Assembly (NCBI RefSeq): GCF_030532915.1
Contig: NZ_JAUNKD010000014.1
Location: 1,539 to 65,538 of the forward strand
Direction: 5' to 3'
Origin: Capnocytophaga sp.
GTDB taxonomy: Bacteria > Bacteroidota > Bacteroidia > Flavobacteriales > Flavobacteriaceae
DNA: 64,000 bases
The notes beneath the pieces were generated by a model. It saw only the letters and a program-made list of their open reading frames with translations. It ran no database searches and was not told where the DNA came from. The first letter of the stretch is position 1. Every line of letters starts with the position of its first letter. The position numbers and the translations under genes were made by a program. Below, piece after piece: positions 9,583-18,005 of the stretch.

Positions 9583-11064
9583 ATGATGAAAAAAATTATT
9601 TTTTCTTTTTGTATTGTGATTTCAGGCTGGTTATCAGCGCAACAAAATGTTTTTTTAAGCAATGATTACTGGAAAACAAAACCCACGGTTTTGCAAGTGA
9701 AGCAAAAAATAGCTGAAGGGAATGACCCCACGGCATTGAACGAGAGAGCTTATGATGCTGTTTCATTGGCAATTAACAACGATGCACCGTACGAAACCAT
9801 TTTGTACTTGCTTTCTATTGACGGAAACAGTGTACATAAACTCACGCACGACAAACGTACGTATCTTTTCTGGGCGGCACTTAACAATAACTTGCCTGTG
9901 GCGGAATATCTTTTGAAAAACGGCGCTCAAACCAACGTTCGGGATTCACATCAGTATTCACCGATTTTATTCGCGGCTGTTCGCGGAAATACGCAACCCG
10001 CCATTTACGATTTATTATTAAAATACGGGGCTAACATACACGATGTGAACGAAAACGGAGCCAACGTGCTGTTGTTGGCAATTCCTCATATGAAAGATTT
10101 GAAAGAAGCGAACTATTTCATCAAAAAAGGACTTTCATTAAAAGCCACTGACACGGACGGGAACAATGCCCTGTTTTACGCTGCTCGAAATGGTAATAAG
10201 ATTATTGTCAATCAGTTGATGAAGCAGAAAATCAGCGCAAAAGTGCTTAACAAAAAAGGACAAAATCTGTTGTTTGCCGCTGCCGAAGGCGCCCGAATGA
10301 AAAGCAATTCGCTGGAATTTTTCACCTTTATTGAAAAATTAGATGTCAATCCCAATCAGAAAGACAATGAAGGTTTGACTCCCTTGCACACACTCGCTGC
10401 CCGCCATCGTGATGAGGCTGTTATTAAGTATTTTATCGCAAAAGGAAATGACGTTAATCAAATGGATAAACAAGGAAATACAACACTGATGAATGCTTCT
10501 TTGCGAAATACACCCGAAATAGTGGCACTTTTGGCAGAAAAAACTACAGCGATTAACGCAAAAAATAATCAAGGTCACTCCGCTTTAACACAGGCTGTTA
10601 CAGGAAATAAAGCAGACGTGGTTCGTATTTTATTGCAAAAAGGAGCTGACATTAATGTGAAGGATAATCAAGGGAATACGTTGGTATATCATCTAATAAA
10701 AAACTACAATGCGCGTGATACACAAAATTTTAATGAAAAATGGCAATTATTAACTGAAAACGGTGTGAATTTTGCTCAAAATCAATCCGGTAATGAAAAT
10801 GTGTATCATTTAGCTATTGAAAAAAATAGTTTGGATTTGATGCACAAAGTAGCGACCACAAAAGCCGATATAAATGCTAAAAATAAAGACGGACTCAGCC
10901 CGCTACACAAAGCTGTTATGAGCGCCAAGAACTTGGAAATCATTGAGTTTTTGCTCAAAAACGGTGCGGACAAAACTCTTAAAACCGATTTTGACGAAAC
11001 CGCATATGATTTGGCAAAAGAAAATGAAGCATTACAAAAACAGGATATTAATTTTTTAAAATAA
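9583..11064 (+). CDS. secreted ankyrin-repeat protein (~13 ANK repeats)
   Basis: Signal peptide MMKKIIFSFCIVISGWLSA; repeated ANK consensus (…DGNNALFYAARNGN…, …GLTPLHTLAARH…, …GHSALTQAVTGNKADVVRILLQKGADINV…, …GLSPLHKAVMSAKNLEIIEFLLKNGAD…). Confidence 0.8.
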   Translation: MMKKIIFSFCIVISGWLSAQQNVFLSNDYWKTKPTVLQVKQKIAEGNDPTALNERAYDAVSLAINNDAPYETILYLLSIDGNSVHKLTHDKRTYLFWAALNNNLPVAEYLLKNGAQTNVRDSHQYSPILFAAVRGNTQPAIYDLLLKYGANIHDVNENGANVLLLAIPHMKDLKEANYFIKKGLSLKATDTDGNNALFYAARNGNKIIVNQLMKQKISAKVLNKKGQNLLFAAAEGARMKSNSLEFFTFIEKLDVNPNQKDNEGLTPLHTLAARHRDEAVIKYFIAKGNDVNQMDKQGNTTLMNASLRNTPEIVALLAEKTTAINAKNNQGHSALTQAVTGNKADVVRILLQKGADINVKDNQGNTLVYHLIKNYNARDTQNFNEKWQLLTENGVNFAQNQSGNENVYHLAIEKNSLDLMHKVATTKADINAKNKDGLSPLHKAVMSAKNLEIIEFLLKNGADKTLKTDFDETAYDLAKENEALQKQDINFLK

Positions 11065-11070
11065 TAGCAA

Positions 11071-11550
11071 ATGAGGATAAAAAATTTTATATGGATTTTT
11101 GCATTGGTGCTTGTTGCGTTTTCCTTTGCAAAACAAACACCTACAACGAAATACAAATGTATGATTCAGCTTACTAATTACAACGGTGAGGGTGCTTATG
11201 TGGTGGTTTCACTTTTGAATCCGCAGGGGAAATACGAAAGAACCTTGCAGGTGTTGGGCGATGACCCCGAGTGGTACAGCGATTTGCCAGAATGGTGGAA
11301 ATTCTACGGAAAACGGCAAACTATTGATGCCATCACGGGGGCAACCATAAGCGGCGGACAACGAGCCGTTAAAATAATTGAAATTGAGGACAATAAACTA
11401 AATAAAGGTTATAAAATTCGTTTTGAAACAGCCGTTGAAGACCAAAAATATTACGCCAATGATGTGGAGTTTGAACTCACTTCCGAAAGCGTGAAAAGCA
11501 AAATTGACGGTAAAGGCTACATACGTTACGTTCGGCTGATGCCTAATTAA
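11071..11550 (+). CDS. small secreted protein, possibly DUF2271-like
   Basis: 159 aa, signal peptide, motif DAITGATISGG; family assignment from memory only. Confidence 0.4.
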   Translation: MRIKNFIWIFALVLVAFSFAKQTPTTKYKCMIQLTNYNGEGAYVVVSLLNPQGKYERTLQVLGDDPEWYSDLPEWWKFYGKRQTIDAITGATISGGQRAVKIIEIEDNKLNKGYKIRFETAVEDQKYYANDVEFELTSESVKSKIDGKGYIRYVRLMPN

Positions 11551-11610
11551 AAAATGAAAAAAGCTGCTTGGAAAACTCCGAGCAGCTTTTTTCTCATTAA
11601 CCACCAATAA

Positions 11611-12603
11611 TTATCGTACAAAAGTAATCGATTTTATAATCGATTCAAGTTCAAATAAATGATCGCGTTTATCGGTCATCGGGGCAGATACGAAGCCTTC
11701 AACCACCACCAAACGTTTGTTAGGTGCATCTTCAATAACATAATTCACGTACGGACCGCCAAGCAAAAAGTTTTTAACTTCCCACAGCCCTTTGCTTTCA
11801 ATGGTGTTGCGCCCTTTTACCTTCGTGTTGTAAATGCTTGGTGCAAAGGCTGATTCGGTAATCATATACATACCTTCTTCTCTTCCGGGTATATATCGTT
11901 TCCCGATGGAATCACGCATTTTAACAATTGCCTCAGCCCGAGCATCGCCTTGCGGGATACTGTTCAGAGGCATTTCATAAATGATAATGTTTGCCGTTCC
12001 GCCTTTAATTTGCCGTTCAATCCAGAAAAAATTATTTTCTTTTTTAACGATTTTATAAACAGCCGGCATCATAAGTTTGAAGCCCAGACTTTTCTCAATG
12101 GTTTCATCGGTGTTTAGCGCTTTTTGAAAGCGGAGTAGGTTTTCTTGTATGTCGTTGTTTTTAAATTCTTTAACCAGCTTTTTGAAATGTTCTTGAATTT
12201 CACAAGTGATGTCTCTGTTGGTTTTTCCGGTTATGACAGCCACTTTTTGCGGTTGGGCGTACAGATTTTCTTTAAGGATTACGTTGTTTGAATTATTTTC
12301 TTTGATAATTAATACATTACGACTATTTCGTGTGTTGTCCGTAAAAATCTGTGGCGGAATTTGATGCAACGAAAAAATAGGCTCTTCGGTTGAAAGCCCT
12401 TCCACCGGCGAGGCAAAATACTTACGGATTGTGTCCCCGACGGCTCCTTTCCACAAATTATTTTCAATTACCACAGCCAGTGAGTTTATTTGTCCGCTTG
12501 ATTGCGGTAAATAAATTTCGCCGTTATTTTTTCCTTCGTTAGCCCCGTTTTTACAAGCTATTAGTAAACACGTTGCCACAAAAATAGAAATGATTCGTTT
12601 CAT
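11611..12603 (-). CDS. Bacteroidota lipoprotein of unknown function (possibly DUF4837)
   Basis: True start likely ATG at 12603 giving lipobox MKRIISIFVATCLLIAC; no catalytic motifs recognised. Confidence 0.5.
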   Translation of the reverse strand: MKRIISIFVATCLLIACKNGANEGKNNGEIYLPQSSGQINSLAVVIENNLWKGAVGDTIRKYFASPVEGLSTEEPIFSLHQIPPQIFTDNTRNSRNVLIIKENNSNNVILKENLYAQPQKVAVITGKTNRDITCEIQEHFKKLVKEFKNNDIQENLLRFQKALNTDETIEKSLGFKLMMPAVYKIVKKENNFFWIERQIKGGTANIIIYEMPLNSIPQGDARAEAIVKMRDSIGKRYIPGREEGMYMITESAFAPSIYNTKVKGRNTIESKGLWEVKNFLLGGPYVNYVIEDAPNKRLVVVEGFVSAPMTDKRDHLFELESIIKSITFVR

Positions 12604-12774
12604 AAAATGGTAGTTAATTTTTTCTTCTTGTTTTTTACAGCTAAAATCGTTCCAAAGTTGCATTTTTTTAATTTTTTTTTCAATTAAATTATATTTTAAT
12701 TTTTCGTGCGAATGTTAGTTGCTGATTGTTAATTATTTCCTATCTTTGCAACGTTTAATTATCGCAACACGTTA

Positions 12775-13554
12775 ATGGAGATATTACACGCACAAATTAT
12801 AGGTGAAGGCAAGCCGCTTTTTATTTTGCACGGTTTTTTGGGAATGTCAGACAATTGGAAAACACTGGGGCTTAAATATGCCGAAAACGGATTTCAAGCG
12901 CATTTGATTGACCAACGAAATCACGGACATAGCTTTCATTCACAAGTGTTTAACTATTCGGTTTTGGCAGAAGATTTAAAGATTTATGCCCAATCAAAAT
13001 CAATTGCTGAATTTGATTTGATAGGACATTCAATGGGCGGAAAAACGGCAATGCTTTTCGCTACTGAAAATCCTGAAATGGTAAAATCATTGGTGGTTGC
13101 CGACATCGCTCCGAAGTTTTATCCGGCACATCATCAAGATATTTTGCGTGGGTTGGCAGCCGTTGATTTTGATGTAATTACTTCACGTTCAGAAGCTGAT
13201 AAACAACTGGCTTTGTATGTGAGTGATGGTTCGGTTCGGCAATTTTTATTGAAAAATTTGTACTGGGAAACTCGCGAACGTCTGGGTTTTCGGATGAATT
13301 TACAAGCCTTGACGGAAAATGAAAACGAAATTGGCGTGGAATTGCCAAAAAATAATATTTTTGCAGGACGAACCTTGTTTTTGAAGGGAGAATTTTCAGA
13401 ATACGTGATGCCCGAGGACACGCCTTTGATAAAAACACATTTTCCCAATGCGGAAATTGACACGGTTTCAAAATCAGGGCATTGGCTTCACGCACAAAAT
13501 CCTGCTGAATTTTTGTCGAAAACCTTACAGTTTTTAATCGATAAAACCTATTGA
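12775..13554 (+). CDS. alpha/beta-fold hydrolase (YbfF-like esterase)
   Basis: 259 aa; HGFLG oxyanion region and nucleophile elbow GHSMGG; C-terminal SGHW His. Confidence 0.75.
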   Translation: MEILHAQIIGEGKPLFILHGFLGMSDNWKTLGLKYAENGFQAHLIDQRNHGHSFHSQVFNYSVLAEDLKIYAQSKSIAEFDLIGHSMGGKTAMLFATENPEMVKSLVVADIAPKFYPAHHQDILRGLAAVDFDVITSRSEADKQLALYVSDGSVRQFLLKNLYWETRERLGFRMNLQALTENENEIGVELPKNNIFAGRTLFLKGEFSEYVMPEDTPLIKTHFPNAEIDTVSKSGHWLHAQNPAEFLSKTLQFLIDKTY

Positions 13555-13910
13555 TTATGAAGTATATACTAAGTTTGTTTATTACCGGGATTATTGTTTT
13601 TTTATTGGGGAACATCTTGCCGGGAGCCGCAATTTCAGATTATTTTTCGGCTGTTTTGGTCGCCTTCGTGCTTTCAATTTTAGATGTTTTGGTAAAACCC
13701 GTTTTACAGTTTATTTCCATACCGATTACGGTCATCACGTTGGGATTTTTCTTATTCGTTATCAATGCGTTAATAATCTTATTGGCAGCCGAATTGGTAA
13801 GCGGATTTCGGGTAAACGGCTTTTGGGGTGCTTTGCTGTTTAGCCTTTGTTTGTCATTGGTGCAATCGGTTGCGTTTAATTTAATGAAGGACGATAAATC
13901 TCGTAATTAA
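13551..13910 (+). CDS. phage-holin-family IV / DUF360 (YvlD-like) membrane protein
   Basis: 119 aa, 4 predicted TM segments, typical DUF360 glycine/leucine pattern. Confidence 0.55.
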   Translation: MIMKYILSLFITGIIVFLLGNILPGAAISDYFSAVLVAFVLSILDVLVKPVLQFISIPITVITLGFFLFVINALIILLAAELVSGFRVNGFWGALLFSLCLSLVQSVAFNLMKDDKSRN

Positions 13911-13936
13911 TATAAAGACATTAGAATCATATATTT

Positions 13937-14545
13937 ATGTTAAAAAAAATCATTACAAATCCTACAATTAAAAACATATTTTTCCATTTGGGACTGGCTG
14001 TTTTGGTGCTGGTTGTTTTAGGATTTTTGGTGTTAAAATTCTTAAAAGTATGGACAAACCACGGGGAATACGTCGTTGTTCCTGACCTTACCAAAAAAAC
14101 ACTAACCGAAGTGAAATTCATCTTGGAAGAGAATAAGTTACGATACGAAGTGCTTGACTCAACCGATTATAACCCGAAATTTCCGGCTTATTCGGTAATT
14201 GGGCAAAATCCGGAACCGGCTGAACACGTAAAGGAAAACCGAAAGATTTACCTGACAATCAATCCGTCGGGATATCGAAAAGTAACCATTCCGAAGGTGA
14301 TTCAGGTAACGCGCCGCAGTGCCGAAGCCATCTTAAAATCCGTTGGATTGATGGTCGGGAAAATAACCTATGTTGATGATATTGGGAAGGATATGGTGCT
14401 TGAAATTTCGTACGAAGGTAAAAGGGTACAACCCGGCGAGCAGTTAATAAAAATGTCGAAAGTTGATTTGACGTGCGGAAACGGGCTTACTGCTTCTCAG
14501 AATTCTGAAAATGAAATTGTTATACCTATTGAAGAATTGGAATGA
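13937..14545 (+). CDS. PASTA domain-containing membrane-anchored protein
   Basis: N-terminal TM helix followed by three PASTA-like modules; overlaps the rluD start by 4 nt, the conserved Bacteroidota PASTA-rluD arrangement. Confidence 0.7.
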   Translation: MLKKIITNPTIKNIFFHLGLAVLVLVVLGFLVLKFLKVWTNHGEYVVVPDLTKKTLTEVKFILEENKLRYEVLDSTDYNPKFPAYSVIGQNPEPAEHVKENRKIYLTINPSGYRKVTIPKVIQVTRRSAEAILKSVGLMVGKITYVDDIGKDMVLEISYEGKRVQPGEQLIKMSKVDLTCGNGLTASQNSENEIVIPIEELE

Positions 14546-15567
14546 TGCAAGCCTTTGATGACGAAATTGAAAAAGACGATGAGCTGTACGAGCATTACAG
14601 TTTCAAAGCCGGAAAAGGGCAAGAACCGCTTCGGGTGGATAAATTCTTGATGAATTTTGTAGAGAATGCTACTCGAAACAAAGTACAACAGGCTGCAAAA
14701 CAAGGAAATATATTTGTAAATGGTGTTGCCGTAAAGTCCAACCATCGGGTTAAAGCCAACGATGAGGTGAAGGTAATGTTTGCCCACCCGCCACACGAGT
14801 ATTTGCTTACGCCTGAAAATATTCCGATTGATATTGTCTATGAAGACGATGAGTTGCTCGTTGTGAACAAACCTGCCGGAATGGTGGTGCATCCCGGGCA
14901 CGGAAATTACAGCGGAACGCTTATCAATGCGCTTGTGTATCACTTTGAAAATCTGCCTAATAACAGTAGTGACCGACCGGGTTTGGTGCATCGTATCGAT
15001 AAAAATACCAGCGGACTTTTAGTCATTGCCAAAACCGAAGAAGCGATGCTGCATTTGGCGCAACAATTCTTCCATAAAACATCTGAACGTGAGTATATTG
15101 CCTTGGTTTGGGGCGATGTTCAGCAAGATGAAGGAACCGTTGTGGGGCATATCGGAAGACATTTAAAAGACCGCCTGCAAATGGATGTTTTTCCTGACGG
15201 AAGCCACGGAAAAGAAGCCATCACACATTATAAGGTTTTGGAACGTTTCGGGTATGTGACCTTGATTTCGTGTAGGTTAGAAACCGGACGTACGCACCAA
15301 ATACGGGTTCATATGAAGCACATCGGGCATACGCTTTTCAATGATGAGCGCTACGGAGGCGATAAAATTTTAAAAGGGACAACCTTTGCCAAATACCGGC
15401 AATTTGTTGAAAATTGTTTTGACATATTACCCCGACAAGCCCTGCACGCCAAAACCTTGGGCTTTGAGCATCCCGTGACAGGAGCTTTTTTACGTTTCAG
15501 TACGGAACTGCCTGAGGATATGACACTTTGTATTGAAAAATGGCGAAAGTACAAAGCGGAAAAATAA
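14542..15567 (+). CDS. rluD: 23S rRNA pseudouridine synthase, RluA family (RluD)
   Basis: S4 domain N-terminus plus catalytic HRIDKNTSGLLVIAKT motif. Confidence 0.85.
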   Translation: MMQAFDDEIEKDDELYEHYSFKAGKGQEPLRVDKFLMNFVENATRNKVQQAAKQGNIFVNGVAVKSNHRVKANDEVKVMFAHPPHEYLLTPENIPIDIVYEDDELLVVNKPAGMVVHPGHGNYSGTLINALVYHFENLPNNSSDRPGLVHRIDKNTSGLLVIAKTEEAMLHLAQQFFHKTSEREYIALVWGDVQQDEGTVVGHIGRHLKDRLQMDVFPDGSHGKEAITHYKVLERFGYVTLISCRLETGRTHQIRVHMKHIGHTLFNDERYGGDKILKGTTFAKYRQFVENCFDILPRQALHAKTLGFEHPVTGAFLRFSTELPEDMTLCIEKWRKYKAEK

Positions 15568-15655
15568 AAAACTGACTTAAAAAAGTGTTAAAAAAATTGC
15601 TGTCTGTCGGTTTTTTTCTATTTTTGAAAAAATATCAATATTAAATAAAACAATT

Positions 15656-16450
15656 ATGAAGAGGAAATATTTTATTCCTATGGCGGCATTGTTTCTTTCA
15701 GCTGCTGTTTTTTCACCGGAAGCTGTTTACGCTCAATCAAAAAAGAAAGAAAAATCGTGTTCAAAAAAGGAGGCTGCTACAAAATCGTGCACTAAAACAA
15801 CTGATTATGGTAAGCCCGGCGATGTGAAAGCCAATGAAGGTGCTTTTAAAATTGTTCCGTTAAAATATGAATACAACGCGGTGGATTCGTATATTGATGC
15901 GCAAACGATGTTTGTTCATTTTTCCAAGCATTATGTAGGGTATTTAAACAATTTGAACAAAGCCGTTGAAGGGAAACCTCAGGCTATGCAACCTATTGAG
16001 CAAGTTCTTAAAGGGTTGGATATGAGCAATACCGCGTTGCGAAATAATGGTGGAGGTTATTACAATCACAATTTGTATTTTGATGTGATTTCACCCAAAG
16101 GGGGCGGAATGCCTACGGGAGCTTTGGCAGAGGCTATTAACCGTGATTTTGGTAGTTTTGAAAATTTCAAAAAGCAATTTTCAGAGGCGGGTGCAAAACG
16201 ATTTGGTTCGGGTTGGGCTTGGCTTGTGGTGAAAGATGGTAAATTACAGGTTGGAAGCACTGCCAATCAAGACAATCCGTTGATGCCCGGATTGGAAATT
16301 TCGGGGCAACCCATTTTAGGAATGGATGTTTGGGAACACGCTTATTACTTAAAATATCAAAACAAACGCGGTGATTATGTGACTAACTTTTTTAACGTAA
16401 TTGATTGGAAAAGAGTAGCCGAGCTATATAATGCTGCGATGTCAATGTAA
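15656..16450 (+). CDS. exported Fe/Mn-family superoxide dismutase with N-terminal Lys/Cys-rich extension
   Basis: Signal peptide, then ~45-aa K-rich linker, then SOD core (…TMFVHFSKHY…, NNGGGYYNHNLYF, FGSGWAWLV, GMDVWEHAYYL). Confidence 0.85.
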   Translation: MKRKYFIPMAALFLSAAVFSPEAVYAQSKKKEKSCSKKEAATKSCTKTTDYGKPGDVKANEGAFKIVPLKYEYNAVDSYIDAQTMFVHFSKHYVGYLNNLNKAVEGKPQAMQPIEQVLKGLDMSNTALRNNGGGYYNHNLYFDVISPKGGGMPTGALAEAINRDFGSFENFKKQFSEAGAKRFGSGWAWLVVKDGKLQVGSTANQDNPLMPGLEISGQPILGMDVWEHAYYLKYQNKRGDYVTNFFNVIDWKRVAELYNAAMSM

Positions 16451-16473
16451 TTCAATTTCATACTTTTATTAAA

Positions 16474-16514
16474 AACGGGTTAATTGGAAATAATTAACCC
16501 GTTTTTGTTTTTTA
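16474..16514. terminator. bidirectional rho-independent terminator between sod (+) and susD-like (-)
   Basis: AACGGGTTAATT-ggaaat-AATTAACCCGTT hairpin flanked by A-run / T-run. Confidence 0.7.
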
Positions 16515-16535
16515 GTAATGTGTTTTTTTGTATTT

Positions 16536-17975
16536 CTATGGATTATTTGGAACCATTGTTGGGGTTGCATCAATTTCTTTTTCTGGTATTTGAATAAGAA
16601 ATCTTGGGTCACTAGCAGGAATATTAAGTTTACCAAACTGACCGTGGTTAGAATCAGTATAATTTCTCTCAACTCCTTTACCTAAACGTTTTAAGTCGAA
16701 GAAAGCCCAACCTTCTCCCCACATTTCAATTCGCTTTTGCAAAATGATCTCGTCAATGAGTTCACTACCTGTTTTTGTAGATTTTTGATAACCTGAATCT
16801 CTTTTAGAGGTGATTTCAAAGAGAATATTTTTTGCTTCGTCTTCATTTCCACTTTTAGCAAGAGCTTCTGCTTCAATATAGTACATCAAAGAGGAGCGTA
16901 AATAGATATAATCCCCCTGTCTTCCGTCTTCAGTTAAATCTCTGAATTTAAAACTTGTATATGCAGGATATGTTTTTCCTTCAAACTCTCCCTCTGAACC
17001 TGACAAAAACATTGATTTTCGGTAATCTGTATCCGGAATAGCATCATAAAGTCTTTTATCTATCGCTATATTTCCTCCTCTTGAATAACCTGCTCCGGTA
17101 TTATCAAAATGCGAGAAGAAGTTTGCAACAAATGTGGTTAATTCCGAAGTAATGTCAGCTCCCCACATTGTTTCATCTTGGTTTATATCATAAAAACCAT
17201 TCTTCCATCCTTTTTCATCCAGAAGCCCATACCCTTGGCGAGCTTTGCGAGCCGCCTGAGCAGCTTCACTAAATTTCCCCATTTCAAGGTAAGCCTCGGC
17301 TAAAAAAGCCTGCGCTACACTCTGATCAATAAGTTCTTTATTCTCTCTTTGATAGCCTGCTAATTCTTCCACAGCCTCTTTCAAGTCTTTCTCAATTTGT
17401 GCATACACTTCTTGATTTTTGTTTCTAAATTTAGAAACCTCTCCGGTATTTATCGGAATAGCATAAGCAGATTCATTACCTACATAAGTAGGGGCATAAA
17501 ATCGAGTCAACATCAAATGAAAATACCCTCTAAGAGCTAAGGCTTGTGCTCTAATATATTTACTTTCAGCGCTTGCAGTTGCTACATCAATACTATTGAT
17601 GATGGTATTTGTATTTTTAATTTGAATGTAATACGTAAACCAAGGCATATGGGAGCGCGAGCTAGTAGTAATTCTCCCCGCGTAATTATAGTAAAAACCA
17701 TTCCAGCTTAAAGCATTCATTACTACATCATTACCCATCAAATCAGCAATTGATAACATTGACTTATGCCCATAATCTTCGTGACCTCCATAACCGCTAA
17801 TTCCGTAAGAACGTAATCCAGCTAAAATACCTCTTAAAGAACCCTTTGCGGCTTCAGAAGACGCTCCAAGCTGTTCTTCCGAAATGTACGACTCGGGTGC
17901 TTTGTCCATAAAATCTTTAGAACAAGCCCCTAACAATAAAGCTCCTCCTAAACATATATATATTATTTTTTTCAT
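16536..17975 (-). CDS. SusD/RagB-family nutrient-binding outer-membrane lipoprotein
   Basis: 479 aa, lipobox LLLGACSKDF, SusD-like TPR-containing architecture. Confidence 0.85.
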   Translation of the reverse strand: MKKIIYICLGGALLLGACSKDFMDKAPESYISEEQLGASSEAAKGSLRGILAGLRSYGISGYGGHEDYGHKSMLSIADLMGNDVVMNALSWNGFYYNYAGRITTSSRSHMPWFTYYIQIKNTNTIINSIDVATASAESKYIRAQALALRGYFHLMLTRFYAPTYVGNESAYAIPINTGEVSKFRNKNQEVYAQIEKDLKEAVEELAGYQRENKELIDQSVAQAFLAEAYLEMGKFSEAAQAARKARQGYGLLDEKGWKNGFYDINQDETMWGADITSELTTFVANFFSHFDNTGAGYSRGGNIAIDKRLYDAIPDTDYRKSMFLSGSEGEFEGKTYPAYTSFKFRDLTEDGRQGDYIYLRSSLMYYIEAEALAKSGNEDEAKNILFEITSKRDSGYQKSTKTGSELIDEIILQKRIEMWGEGWAFFDLKRLGKGVERNYTDSNHGQFGKLNIPASDPRFLIQIPEKEIDATPTMVPNNP

Positions 17976-18005
17976 TATGATATTCTTTTTAGTTTAAAAC
18001 ATTTT

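Noticed and set aside
9453-9662. N-terminal 70-aa extension of the nitronate-monooxygenase ORF (8475-9662)
   Set aside because: The extension is low-complexity, overlaps the divergent ankyrin gene start, and an ATG at 9452 (MNMKNTENK) gives the conserved protein length. Treated as ORF-finder over-extension.
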